64,000 bases of DNA from Phoronis australis (taxonomy: Eukaryota > Animalia > Phoronida): assembly GCA_002633005.1 (NCBI GenBank), contig NMRA01000182.1:9077-73076 (forward strand), given 5' to 3'. Of this stretch, positions 1 through 13,200 are shown in pieces. Position 1 is the first letter of the stretch. Every line of letters begins with the position of its first letter. A program made the translations under genes and the position numbers. The notes under the pieces were generated by a model. It searched no databases and was not told the DNA's origin. It worked only from the letters and a program-made list of their open reading frames with translations.

Positions 1-420
1 TTTTTTTTTTCGTATCTCCGCCACACAATCCAGTCGTTTGCATGAGAAGTAAGAAAGTGGCCAAATGGCACTTTGAAAGAGTCCTAAAACGGTGAAGGAA
101 AACGTTTGTTCAGCTGCCGTGATCCAGCCAGATTGGCACGAGGGCTGGAAGCACTAGCTGCATGCTGTGTACCAATTAAACAGTTCCATCAACGTGACAC
201 TGTCAGAGCCGTGAATTGCTGTCGCAATTGGACTTAAAATTTTGAACAACTTGTGCGTGTGACCGAAAGCTTTTTCAGGTTGCAAGAGTGCCATGCAATA
301 AATGTGGGACACTCAAGGCGGAACATTCAATTACAGATGATAAAATCTTAACTAGAGATAGAAGTGCCTCTGCATTCAGTCGTGGCAGAATAATTTTCCA
401 TTGACAATTACGTTTTGTAG

Positions 421-2174
421 GGCATCCCGATACGTACAACTCGACCAGTCAAAATTCTCGGTGTCCTCAATTTTAGTTTATAAAAAGACAGGTGAGTTAA
501 CGTACATCAGTCACACAAATTGGATACAACAATACTCTAACTGGAATGGCCAGTGTCGGCCATACTGCAGCGGCGACTGCGCTAAGACGACCTGACTGTC
601 AGGCCATTACCCGACTGTCGCTGTCAGGCCAGAACCTGACGGTCACTGTCAGGCCAGTACCTCACTGGGTCAGGACAGTACCTAAAAGTCAGACCAGCAC
701 CTCACTATCAGACCAGTACCTGACTGTCAGACCAGTACCTGACTGTCAGTGCAGTACCTCACTGTCAGGACAGTACCGCACTGTAAGGAAGCTATCTCAC
801 TGTCAGGAAAGTACCTCACCGACAGGACAGTGGCTCACTGTCACTGTACGAAACCATATTAACCTGGCAGTTCTTCTCAAGTCCAGAACTCGTTTCTAAA
901 TCGGAGTTAGGCAAAAGATGACAGTGATTTTGTTATAGTGCGTAGTTTAAATAAAAAACGCTGGCACAAGCCTCTCATCACAAAAAAATGATTGTGGCCA
1001 CTTTTTATCGTTAAGAAGTTAGTCTCATATTGTCCCTTGAGCAAACTAGGGGTAGTTTCAGGTCTTCGTAGAACTCTCAGCTTGTTAATACTCAAGATTA
1101 GGCTTATAGACGTGTCGACCACGGCGGGTGATTTTACTTAGTCGCCGAGCATGGTCTCCAGGAATAATCGACCAATAGTGCTTTGCAAACCCACAAATCA
1201 CTTCTCGGATGAATGGGGAACATGTTGAGACCTTTTACTCAAATCTTACACTAACAGAACTTGCACCAGGACGAGAAAGCGTGCGCAGTTAACCACAGAT
1301 TATTCCTCGGCACGTCAAAAGCCCTCACAATTTAATTGAAGTGAGCTAATCGTGGGCTTGGGTGAACGTGTTGGACGAGATAATTACGGTCGTAAACCAA
1401 CACATTTACGTACGAGTTTTAAAGCCAAAAATGAACAATAAGTAATGACAACGACCAAATGACTGTTTTTAAAATTGAAAAGTAAACAGTAGCCGTTTTT
1501 GCATTATTAGAGAAATGAGCGAAATGGTTTTCTTTAGCATCGCGGCTAAGCCAAGAGCATTAATTTATGAATGGATCGTGACGGGCGAGTATGACTGTCC
1601 CGGCTTAAGCTCGCTTAGACGTTGGGGTAACGAAACCCCACATGTTAGCGTAGGGTTGTCTCATTTATATAGCAGTGAGTGATCTAAATGAAAATTTCGC
1701 TTCTTTGAAGTACGTAATATGTAGGTTTATAGCTCTTTTTAAAGCTACATAATAAAAACAATCTATTTAAAAACAAAAATGTTTTTATTATTAACTTCGT
1801 AGTTTACACACTACGCTTGTTACAATTCGGAATTTCTACTTTCAGGACAACTTCTTACAATGTCTCCTGGGAAATACGGCAACAAGTATCCTGCTTGGTA
1901 TTTAGTCGAAGTCAATCCCCAAAACGGAGAAATAACACCTTTGGTGCAAGCGACGCAAGCAGGAATATTTGAAAACTATTACGGTGGCACAGTTCTGAAT
2001 GGAATAGACCAGTCAACGGGAATACTTTATCATGTTCTTCGAATCGCCGACTCACAAGCAGATATAATTCTTCACATAGAACTAAAAACACACAAAGTGA
2101 CATTTTCACAACCCACACATCTTCGTCATGTTTTCAATTTGCTCTATGCAAAACCGGAAGTATTTACAGTATGA
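421..2174 (+). CDS. 3' end (last two coding exons) of an unidentified gene, possibly a beta-propeller-like protein; 5' part lies outside the window
   Basis: Exon 421-491 (tttgtag acceptor, G|gtgagt donor) joins in phase with exon 1846-2174 (ctttcag acceptor, TGA stop), giving ASRYVQLDQSKFSVSSILVYKKTGQLLTMSPGKYGNKYPAWYLVEVNPQNGEITPL...GIDQSTGILYHVL...HIELKTHKVTFS...*. The fold is only inferred from the strand-turn pattern. Confidence 0.7.
590..850. repeat. Degenerate ~19-nt tandem repeat (cagtacctcactgtcagg-like) in an intron
   Basis: Recurring cagtacct(c/g)actgtcag units seen directly; explains the spurious 117-aa ORF at 546-899. Confidence 0.8.
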
Positions 2175-4289
2175 CAAACATTAAAGAGGCCTAGACTGCA
2201 ATAACAGACTAAATTGCATAAATTTCTTGGTTTTAGTATTGTTCAAGTCTGTATAGGATTGTCAGTTCAAAACCAGGAACCAAAAATGAAAATTATCAAT
2301 TCATCATTTATTTTTATATTTATTTTGCCATAAAGGTTTCTCAATATGTCTTTAATAGGGTAATGTTAGACAAGACTAAATTGTAAAATAATTTCTTTTG
2401 GATTTGGTGAAGGATATTCCAAACCATACTTAATTTCAAGGTTTTGGCAAAACATCTGAAAAATTTAGATGCACCACAAAAAGAGAGCTATTGGTTCATC
2501 AAATCAAAACAGGAAACATCGCAAAATACACTTCCATTGTGAAACAAGAAATTACACTAAGTTTAAAATCGAATGGTCACACTTCACATTCAATGACTTG
2601 AGACAAAGTGTTCTGCGGTTGACATTAAACACTTATTTAGATACTACAGCAACTTGAGTGAAAGGTATGCCTATAGAAAATTAAGCAAGTATTAAACAAA
2701 ATAAGCATTTGTGTGCTGCTTGTGTTGAAAATTACATTGGTTCCTGAGTCAAAACTAAGACGTTTCCCAATATTGGTCTAACTCGATTCACGCCCTCAAG
2801 TCATCAAGTCATCAACTGTCATTTCATTTTCAACCAAAACAGAGTTTGTGAAACACTTCCTTGTTACAGCAATTTGAATGCAAGCAAGACACCTTTGCCC
2901 AGTTGCATTGAAACAGTCCCTAAACCTTTGTTTCATTCTTTACTCACAAATGTAATATTATCATTTTATCTTTAATATTATGTCGTCTTCGACAAATAAT
3001 ATTTTCTAATAATGTAAAAACCGAGCCCTTAATTCAATGACAATAAATAGGTATTAAAGACTTAAATTAGGGATGTTGCATGAAAATATCCCTATTTATT
3101 TCCAATAACATTGAGAATTTAAGGAAGAGTTCACTCTCGATTCGTATCAAAGCCAAAAAGTGTCTTAGTAAGGAAATTAAAACCTTATAAGAAAGGACAA
3201 TCGTTGTTTTCCTAAAATTTTAATCCACAAATACAAAGTAGACTGAGGGAACTTAATTGAGACCCTATATGGGACTGTTTCATGCCACAGGTCACATAAC
3301 ACAACGTATTATACAAACAATAATTTAACAACCAGTCAGTATGGACGAGAAAGTCGCAATGACACAGTTCAATTTGCAAAAACAAAAAAAAAAAAACTAC
3401 ACAATGTACCAACCAAATATAATATGTACTCACTGATAGCACTTCACTGCAGCACTGAATAAATAACATTAAAGATCACAAGCTGTGTTTATCCACAACA
3501 CCCAGTCCCGCAGGACTAATTCTCTGAACATCTGAGCCCACTTCTAATACCAAGATGAAACTGGCTGGCGACAGCTGGAAACTGGCAACGCTGGCCAAAA
3601 AAATGTCTTGCAGGTCACACAGACGACAGGATTCTTACCAAAATTGTACAAGGCTTAGTTGGTCGACTTAGATTTTCCCTGTTTTTGAGATCCCACCAAG
3701 ATTAATTGCCTTGGTATGACAAAGCATGTAACAGTATATGAAGCACAACAATCACTGAATAATAAATAGAACATAACTCCTGAACAATTCATTAACCCTC
3801 AGAGCTTCACCAGTGTGCAATCTGCTGGAAAAATACACAACTAGTTCAAAAGTACCTGCTACAAAAATATACACTACAGAAACAATTGCTTAGACAATAG
3901 ACTTTAGTCTTTTGAAAGATTAACAAATCCAAACCTTCATCAAAAAATTCAACACATACTTTCAAACAATAAGCAAAGACACACACACATACACACAAAC
4001 AAACGCATAAACTCATTACTAGCTGTTCTCATTCACATACTAATTCAAGTATGCACAACATAGTCGATAATAAACACATACTGACCAAGGTTAAAGTATG
4101 TAAATCGTTTGAAACCCACAATTCAAACTAATCTAAACTACAGCCTGCAGAGAGAGATAAAACCTGTCAAGAAGACAGTGCAAGAAACTGGTCACATTGT
4201 TCTGTCAATCAGTCGATGAACGACAACTGTTCACCAACAAACCTCGTATCGTAAAACCGAAGCAGCATAATTGTCAGGCCTTTCTAAAG

Positions 4290-7200
4290 TCACAGTCTAG
4301 CCGTGGTACCCAGCAGTCCCGTACCTTTGAAGCCTTCCTCAGGACAACTGGCTGGAAAATAAAATGTCAAAAATGTAATCTCATTATTCAGCAAATAAAG
4401 TGATCCTTTCTACACTCAGGTAGTATTCAAATATATTGACAAACTTTATTGAAGTACTGTAGTCCAGTACAGCTGCAGTTATGGAAGAAAACCTCAAGCA
4501 AATCCTAGTTGTTGAAAATTGTTCGATAGCTTTCGAAATCTTTGTATAAAAACAGTTTTGGAAGCAGTGTATGGAAGCAGTGTATGGAAGCAGTGTATGG
4601 AAGCAACGATTACAGCAGGCAAAACCAGACAGGAAACAACGACCATCAGAAAGCAAATCACAAAAGAGTCAGAGATAAAGTTCAAGTAAAAAGGATCATG
4701 TACCATTGGGTCAATGAATGGTATAAGCCTAATAACGCAACGTGGTGTAACAGACAATTTTAACTTGTATTACGAGAATAGTAGACTTTCGAGGTTTTGC
4801 ACAGCAGTGGCAGTTGGTTGAGCTGGAGGTCTTTGTTACGAGATTTCATGATCTTTAATTTACACTAAAGGCATTAAAATGGTTCAAACTTGTGCGATTT
4901 GATGGTTCAAACTTGTGTGATTTGAAAGCCTCTGCTCTGATTGTCTCCCCCATCAGACACTTTAAAGAATGTAGTTGCATGCTCCTAACTATAGCAGGAA
5001 CTAAATGAAAATGCTCCTATTTTAACATAATCTATGCAAAACTAAGTGCAGCGTATTCATTGACCATGTGTAAATGTGAAAACAAAAGTCTGAAAATAGG
5101 TGATGTTTGCAGTAACGACGTACCTCGTGGGCTCACATAGCCTGCATCATGTAGTGCTATTCCCCAGTACCACCTTACTGGACCCGTTTCAGTGATTTGT
5201 GAAGAATTATTTTCACCACAAAACTCATTTTTAAAAACGTTTGGCAATTTTCAAGCTACTTCATATTCACATATTAATCACTGTATGTTGTGTTTCTTAC
5301 TAATTAGGCCAAGCAATCACAGAGATAAGTAATTAGCCTGCAATTTCCACTTTAAATGTCCTCCAATTTGTTGAACGTGCACTTCAGCACACAGAACGTC
5401 AAGTCTGTTCAAATTTGTTGCTTGGAACTTTTGCCATAGAGGAGTGTGTGGTCAAACCCCCCCCCCCCCGAACGCCCCCTTGCTTACAGCAGACACCTAC
5501 CTTGAGCTACATCCTCAAGAAGTATACCCTCAGTCGCCGGCTCATCAACCTAAAGGGTGAACAGTGTGAACGTATGATAAGCGTAAACTGTTAGTATTAA
5601 ACTGAGAATACGGACAGCAGATAAACATGATAGTTTTATCTCTGTCAAGCAGAGATATTGTAAAACACAAGATACCAGTAGGAGTCTGTCAATATGATGG
5701 CTTCCTCTGTCTCGTCAAAACAACTAACAGAAGTTATCAAACATATTGATAGACATCTTAGCTTTGGAAACCTTGGGACCTAAAACGTTCAGCCAGTTAT
5801 CAGGCGACTTGCATTTTTTTCCTTCACAATTTCCACAATTTTCATGAAACTAAGTAAGTCAGGCGATATCTCACCAACAGGTAAACACAGCAGAGAACAA
5901 TCAATTTGCTGATTTTAAATGGTTATCTACTGTCTCTTTTGTTTGCAGCAAATACAAGCAACCTCACTTGAAAAAAGCCATGACTTCTCCAAGTTACACC
6001 TTATTTATAAGTCATAGCTCTGACAACTTGAGTGCAATATACATGTACTATCATAGCGATGGTGGCCGGGTGCATAAATTTCCACATCATCATTTCTGAT
6101 CAGAATAATTTGATAAGTTCACAATATAAAGGTTGTTTGCGGTATGATTTATATTTCAAAACTAATTTCCCTGTAAAGGGTTATTGTCATTATTATTAAT
6201 GTTTGAATAAAAAACAACACTGCAAACCACCTAAGTAAGCACAAGCGCTTATATGTAAAAAATTGAGCTGCCATTTTTTCACAAAATTTTCCTTGTTACC
6301 ATGAGTGCTACAGATACATGAACTCAAGGTGTCATGATCATACTTGTTGTGCATGACAGCATATTAAGTGCTTTGTTGACGACTTGTGCAAAATATTTGT
6401 ATGTGAATGTCAGAGATTCTGCTTTTGAGTTAAGGGAAAACGAAAACTTAATCACAAACTTTTACAATGTAAATGACTGGTCGTGTACACAGACCTAGAA
6501 AAACTTATGACTTATAACAAGTTATGTGATGACAAGTTACACGAGGTCGCTTGTCATATCAGTCACCCAAAGAGTAACTTACAAGGCTTGGAATGACCAA
6601 AGACAAAAAACGCGGAAACTTTTACGGCCCAAAACATACGCGCTACCCAGCCTTGAAATAGTCGATACGAACCTTGCGCCGACAAAAATCGGGAGGACTA
6701 AAAAAAACGTTACCACCATCACTAGCATGTGTCTGCGTCTTTTTAGCTCGTCCGTCCGCTCCCACCCCCGCACATGTTTGGCTGCAGAGCCGTAGTATTT
6801 GTCACCGCGGTTTACAATCACATGCGACGCCACTGAAAATCCCACCACGCTATCCCAGATGCCCTGGCAATGTTGACAATTTATGTTCCTCCGAAACATA
6901 AAGAGCAACTTCCGCTTTTCAAGGTGAACGTCGTCGGCAACGCCGCGGTAAGAAAGGAAGTTGCCAATTTGCCGCGGAAATTTTATATCAAATCAGATTT
7001 TTTTACGCGGAAATATAATAAAATGCGCGGACAGAACATTTGAAAAAAGCGGAAAGCCTTGAACTTACCTTTAAATAGATGATTGTTTCTGGCATGATTT
7101 TGAGACTACCCAGAGTTTCCTTGTCCCCAACCAACTCCACATTATCTATCATGATGTGTTGGTCCATTGGAGGACATCCAAATTCTTTCATAAGCTGCAC

Positions 7201-10200
7201 AAAGAGAATTATGTACAACAGGTCTTGAGACAATCCAACCATACTCGAATCCAACCAGGAAAACCAACCAGGAAAACCAACCAAGCAGTGTAAAGCTTCC
7301 AAGTTTATTCGAAGGGTGGCACATCATTGGTAGGTTTTCGTGTCGAATCTCGAGTAAAGATTGATAATCTTGGGCACTCGAAAATAAACAACATTTCATT
7401 TCGAGTCATGATTTGCATGTCTAAGAACAATTAAGCCTCATAAAAGTGCCAGAGGCTTACAGCAAAGAGAAACTGGCAGAAAGCAATAATCTACTTGACC
7501 GATATAATCACAAAATGCTGGCTCCCAATTTCAGGGATTGTGATTGTCGAACCACCAAATTTTGTCTTGAACGACACTGAAGCAGGCAGTGAAACAGGAC
7601 CTCATGATATGGACAAAACACTGCCAATCATCTTCAGCAGGACACTTTGTTTGCTTGAAAAGTTATCTCTAGTCAGTTATTATCATTATCCAGAAGAGCA
7701 TATTAATATAAATGTTCACAGCCACCTCAACTTGTTCCGACCAACATTAGACGAGATGAGAGAGCTTAGGAAGAACAGCCAGGACTGGGCAGACCAAGTT
7801 GACCAGCATATTTGCCAACACTTACATTCAGAAAGTAACAAATCCATTCACAGGTTAGGGAATAGACTGCTTCCATGCCTGAGAACTAGATAATGCTAAA
7901 ACATGATCTCAGCCATTCCATGACAAAAGATGTTGTTTTAAAGACTGGTGTTCAGGTCATTACCTGTAGCTTGAAATCTCGGAGAGTTTGTTTGGAAGAG
8001 ACTTTGACCTCTTTTTCACCCCTAATTCGTTTGTGACGTGAACTTCGTCTAGATGGAACCGATGTCTCGGATACTTTAAGTGAGTCATTATCTAATTTCT
8101 TCTTCTTCTTCGCACTTGGACCCTGAAATTAAAATGCCCACACATGAAACTTTGACAAATAGTAGCAGCTTTAAGAGCATGTATGATGACACTTGGGCAT
8201 GTCACACAACTCCAGTGATGTCACACAACTCCAGTGATGTCACACAACTCCAGTGATGTCACACAACTCCAGTGATGTCACACAACAGTGGATAAAGGCT
8301 GTAATTGTGCTTTTTAAATCAAAGTGTGATGCACAAATTTTAAATTTCAATTGACAGCAGTGGCAAACTGAAACCACAAATTAAACTGTCAGCTTTGGTG
8401 AAGAACAACAGAGAAAATAAAATTCCCACTATAACAACTGCATGGTAAATCAAAAACGAATGGACCAAATTTTTCGCCTCACCAGTAATTCAAAAACAGT
8501 CAGTTTTGCACTTCGGAAATATCAATGCAAAGCTCATCCATTAATTCTAGGAATACACACCTGTGTAACTGTGTTAATAAGGTCCGTATAACAGTGTATA
8601 TTCACCACTTAATTCGTTTATTTGAATATAGCTGCATGACTGACCTAGTGCAGAGAATAGTTGATCACATATCGGCTTTTCAAATGTTTAGGTCAGCTGT
8701 CTCGTTAGTGTTACCTGTGTGAACTCCGGGTCATCTTTGTCCGAGTCTGTGGGAACCTGTTGTTCAGTCTGCGCCAATCGACTGACAACCTTTCTAACAA
8801 ATACGACCGCATCTGTATAATCTAGTCGGGCTTCATGTTCCTGCTGTAGTCTGGCACTGAGGCAACTCTCACACACATCTAAACACAAGACCAACAATTA
8901 GTAATTATTCAAATCAAAAACAATTATAATAAAACTCTGAGAAGTCCAGCATGCATACGTCAGACAAAGTTGTGCAGTACATTTATTTAGTTCCAGTGTG
9001 CACTTGGGACTCCTCAGGTAAGTCAGATTTCGCCTTACTGGGTTTAAGTCTCTCGGTCTGGCTGGAACCGATTTAGGTGAGTAAACGTAAAAAACTAAAA
9101 TTGCTACTAGGAGGCACACTGGTTGTCGGAGCCATCTGAAATTCGGCAGCGTCCATCATCAGCTTCATAGAACACATCTGCCAAATCTTATCAACATCCT
9201 GAAAAAGGTTTAACAGATACAGCTGGGGATGCCTGACATCCAGGCAGAGATGACAGCAATATGCACCCTCTACAAAAATATGTGAGCGCATAAATTTATC
9301 TTCTGTCTGCTCCTGCAAGCTCCACTGAAGCACCATTTTTAAGAATGATTCAATTAAGTTTGTGAAACAGTGAAGGTTATTTCCCATCTCTAACAATATT
9401 TAAGGGCAAAACCAAACAAATAGGCCTGCACAGATATACCATAGTTTGTTGTAAAGTTGACGAGAAAATTTAAGATGTCAATTATTTGCTTTCATATTAA
9501 ATTGGTTTCCTATAATAGAGTGGCTCACAGAACAACAGCAAATCATATCTTTAAAACTGAGTTTAGTCAATAAAGTCTTATGAAGTGAACCAACAGACCA
9601 GGGTCACAGACTAGCGTCACTTGATCATCCTCCAACACCACTCGACTGATCTGAATCTCTACATCACAGTTAAACAGTCTGGTCATCGCCTGCCACTCAC
9701 TTGGCCAGATGAGGGTCACCCTGGAAACAATAATACAGACAAATGTCACACTCATTGTCAAGGGTGGACAAGGGTCACAATGGTAACCAAAGTACTGATA
9801 CAGGTTACCATGGTTACGGGTTAACAGAAGAATGGATGTGAATAACCCCCACTGATAACAAAAGCATGAAGCTCAAATCAATAGTATCAGGGATGTCAAC
9901 ATATTTAGCGCAAAATCTGGAGCCTTTGTGTTAAAAATCCGTATTTTACAAGTGAAAACTTGTATGGTTTCCAATATTTTTAATAATTAAAAAAATCAAT
10001 CAAAAACAATAAATTTCAGTTTCAAATCATGTCATTAAAATCTCAGATACCATATTGCTGCATTGCGGTCAGCGCAACTGATTTCAGCCAGCTGAATGAC
10101 TGGTTTGAGGAAATATCAGTGATTTGTGCTCCATGCTTAAGTTGCACGACAAAATGTGGTGAATTCCTTTTGTTTTTTAAATGTAATCTTTGTCTCCAAA

Positions 10201-13200
10201 ATTCCATGCTTGACATCTTGACATAATTTCCACAGCAGATGACATCTCACCATGTCAAGAGATGTAAGCCCGTTTTCAATTGGTCAGACTAACTTAAATT
10301 GACCAATTAAACAAGTGGAATCCTGTCTAACAAATTACATAATACTTGTACTTACAATTCATATTATTCGTCACAGGCACTTTTGACTATTTCCATCGTT
10401 TTCTGTCCCAAATTTAGCAGCTCTTGTCTCAAAAAACAGTCATTTTCAAAAATACCTAATTTTACTTTCAATTCATTCTTTAAATAAAAAAATGTTCAAA
10501 ATCCGTACCATTTCAAAGCCTACACCTAACACTCTTTTATGCCCTAAAGTATGCAGTACAGTTGGCAGCCCCGCAGTATCCAAATGTTCTACATGTGTGG
10601 CAAAATGATGAAGAAAATCAGACGGCAAAACTAAACAACAGTTCAAATGATTTCAGACTTAAAATACAATGAAATATTCAAGTCTAGTATACACATATTA
10701 TATACAGGACCTAAGGCTAACATTTGAAGGTTTAAAGGGATACTTACCTGTCTTCCATTTGTTCAACACACATCAACTGTGGGTCAAACATTAGTTTGCC
10801 ATGAGGACACAGTAGTGAACAATTAGACACATCACAAACAAGTTCTCTTCGAAGAGGTTCTCTAAAAAAACAAGATACAACAGTTACTTAAATTCAAGTC
10901 CGCTGCTGTTCACAAAACAAGGCCCAAGACAATACAGTAATTCCCTGAAAACACATCTATGTTCAATGTTCAAATGCTAGTTTTGTTTTTGTTCTGGGAA
11001 GTCCAAGGACCAGACAATAACAAGACGTTTTAACAAATGTTAGTTTTATCGAAATTATCACTGCAAGAGGGAAATACAATGCATTTTTAATGTGAATTCT
11101 CACTATTAAGACCTGTGGTCAAATTCTGTGCAACTATGCTAGCATGCTATCAACTCTGTCCGTTTCTAGCCTCCTAATGCTCAGTCTAAAATTGAGGTCG
11201 TGAAACAGAAGGAATATAGTGTGAATGTGTTGAAGGACTTGTGGAAAGTAGGATTCAGTATTCAAGATCTCATCCTTGTTAAAAATATTATTTAATAAAG
11301 AGTTGTAAAGAAAAATACTCTGACAAGAGAAATGTACTGCTAAAAATTAATAATAAATTAAAATTATTCAAGAGCACAAAGAAGAAAACGGAAGACCAAA
11401 CTTTGTACTATGACACTTCAGTGAACTCCTTCAAAATGTATTCTCACAGCTATTTTTAAACAATGTTTTAACTCGGTTCACCTAATGAACTTTCTCCATT
11501 CCTCTACAAACATCGTACTGACAACATTGACGGTGGTTTCGTCATTACGCCATGAAGGTCTGTTTTTGGCTTGGTATAGTTCCAGTAGCGCCATCTTTTG
11601 ATCTTGGGCCACCATCTTGTTCAGATCTTTGGTTTGTTGGCTTTCCATGTCAGCATACTGAGTGAATGAAAGGAAAACATACTGATAAACAAGCAAGTAC
11701 TTAGTTGATAATGTGGTTCGTCGATACATGAATTGACATGTATGTTCCTAAGAAACATTTAGTTTACAGACAGATATGCAATATACTAATTTAAGAAAAG
11801 TGTTTTCATTCAAAAATGTATTTTTGTAGCAATAACTCGCAATAACTGACAAAAATTCCTGCACACTGACAATTGTTTTTAAATCACATCATGCATAATC
11901 ACCTGACACTTGCAACAGATTGCGGCATCACTCCTGAACTCTGGCGACTTAGGGAAGTAAAATTTGAGTCGCCTCCACACGTCATCAGAGACAACAACAC
12001 GACTTTTAGAATCTGTACTAAGTCCACCTACAATAAACAGTGCAACGTACTTACAGGAACTAATTTTTACTTAAAATAAATAAATTGTCAGTCGTAAACT
12101 AAAAGTTTTACTTGCTCAAAAAGAAAAGCTTGTTTGTCCTAATTACTGCATTGTAAAGCCTTCAAGTAGACAATTCAAAATTTCAAAGTCACTTGCATTA
12201 AGTGTGAGAGTATTTCCATAGCAGATAATATGTTTTTTAAAACCAGTAATTTCTTCATGAAAATTATAAGGTTACAATAATCACAGTCACAAAGAAAATC
12301 ATTATAAAACATAACGAACTGCTTCGTCATTGCAGTTACTATTATTACATTTTTAATATTACTGTTGCCAAGGTCATATTAGCTTAATAAGGTATGATAA
12401 CTACACTTGCTTTGAACCCTACCATCAACTTATTAATAAGCTTTACGTCTTACCGTCCACCATGCTCAAAGGGGCCACTGTAAAAACTGACATATTCTGG
12501 TTGGAATTAACCTGTCTACAGCTTATAGTTGATCGCAACACTAAAATTGTGAAGAAAATAAGCAGAAACCTACATTTAGTTAATTTTATATAGTTCAAAA
12601 AGTTTGATAAAAAAGGAAACACTTGACACATTGGTACTGATCACACTGTCTCAACAGTTTTCAGCAAGAAGAGTGAGGCAACTTTTTAACTATGCATTGC
12701 AAGGAAAGAAAACACATTTGGCATAGACAGGTGACCTTAGTAATGCACAAATGTCATGATAATTAGAAAAAAAAATATTGCGGACTTACTGTGGTCACAC
12801 AAGAGATCCTGGTTAAAAACTAGGTTATCGTCATTACACTCGCTGTCATCATGGTTACTGGAGCCTTGACTACCGTAACAGTGAAGACCGTTGGAGTCCA
12901 CTGAAATGACAAGATACAGCGGTCACAGTCATCAGTAACAGCACAATTATAATTTCACTGATCAAAACATTGTCTCTAATTTTTGTTGTGATAAAATATA
13001 ACTTCAGAGTAGCAGACATAGCTACACACATCATTAGTGAAATTGTTTGCCATGTTATGAAAATTCACAATACCACTTTATATTACATTCTATGTCAAGG
13101 TATATTATCATGTCAAGTATCGGAGTTCTACTAACTTAAAGTAACTTGCAACATGAAGACTACTGTGAGCCTGCAACTGACGATCAACTAATTAACACTG

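Noticed and set aside
546-899. 117-aa ORF
   Set aside because: Produced by a degenerate 19-nt tandem repeat inside an intron.
1040-1640. CpG-richer segment resembling a MITE
   Set aside because: I could not define matching terminal inverted repeats or a target-site duplication.
7495-7893. 132-aa + strand ORF in USP48 intron 23
   Set aside because: TTG start, no recognisable domain, no convincing splice partners.
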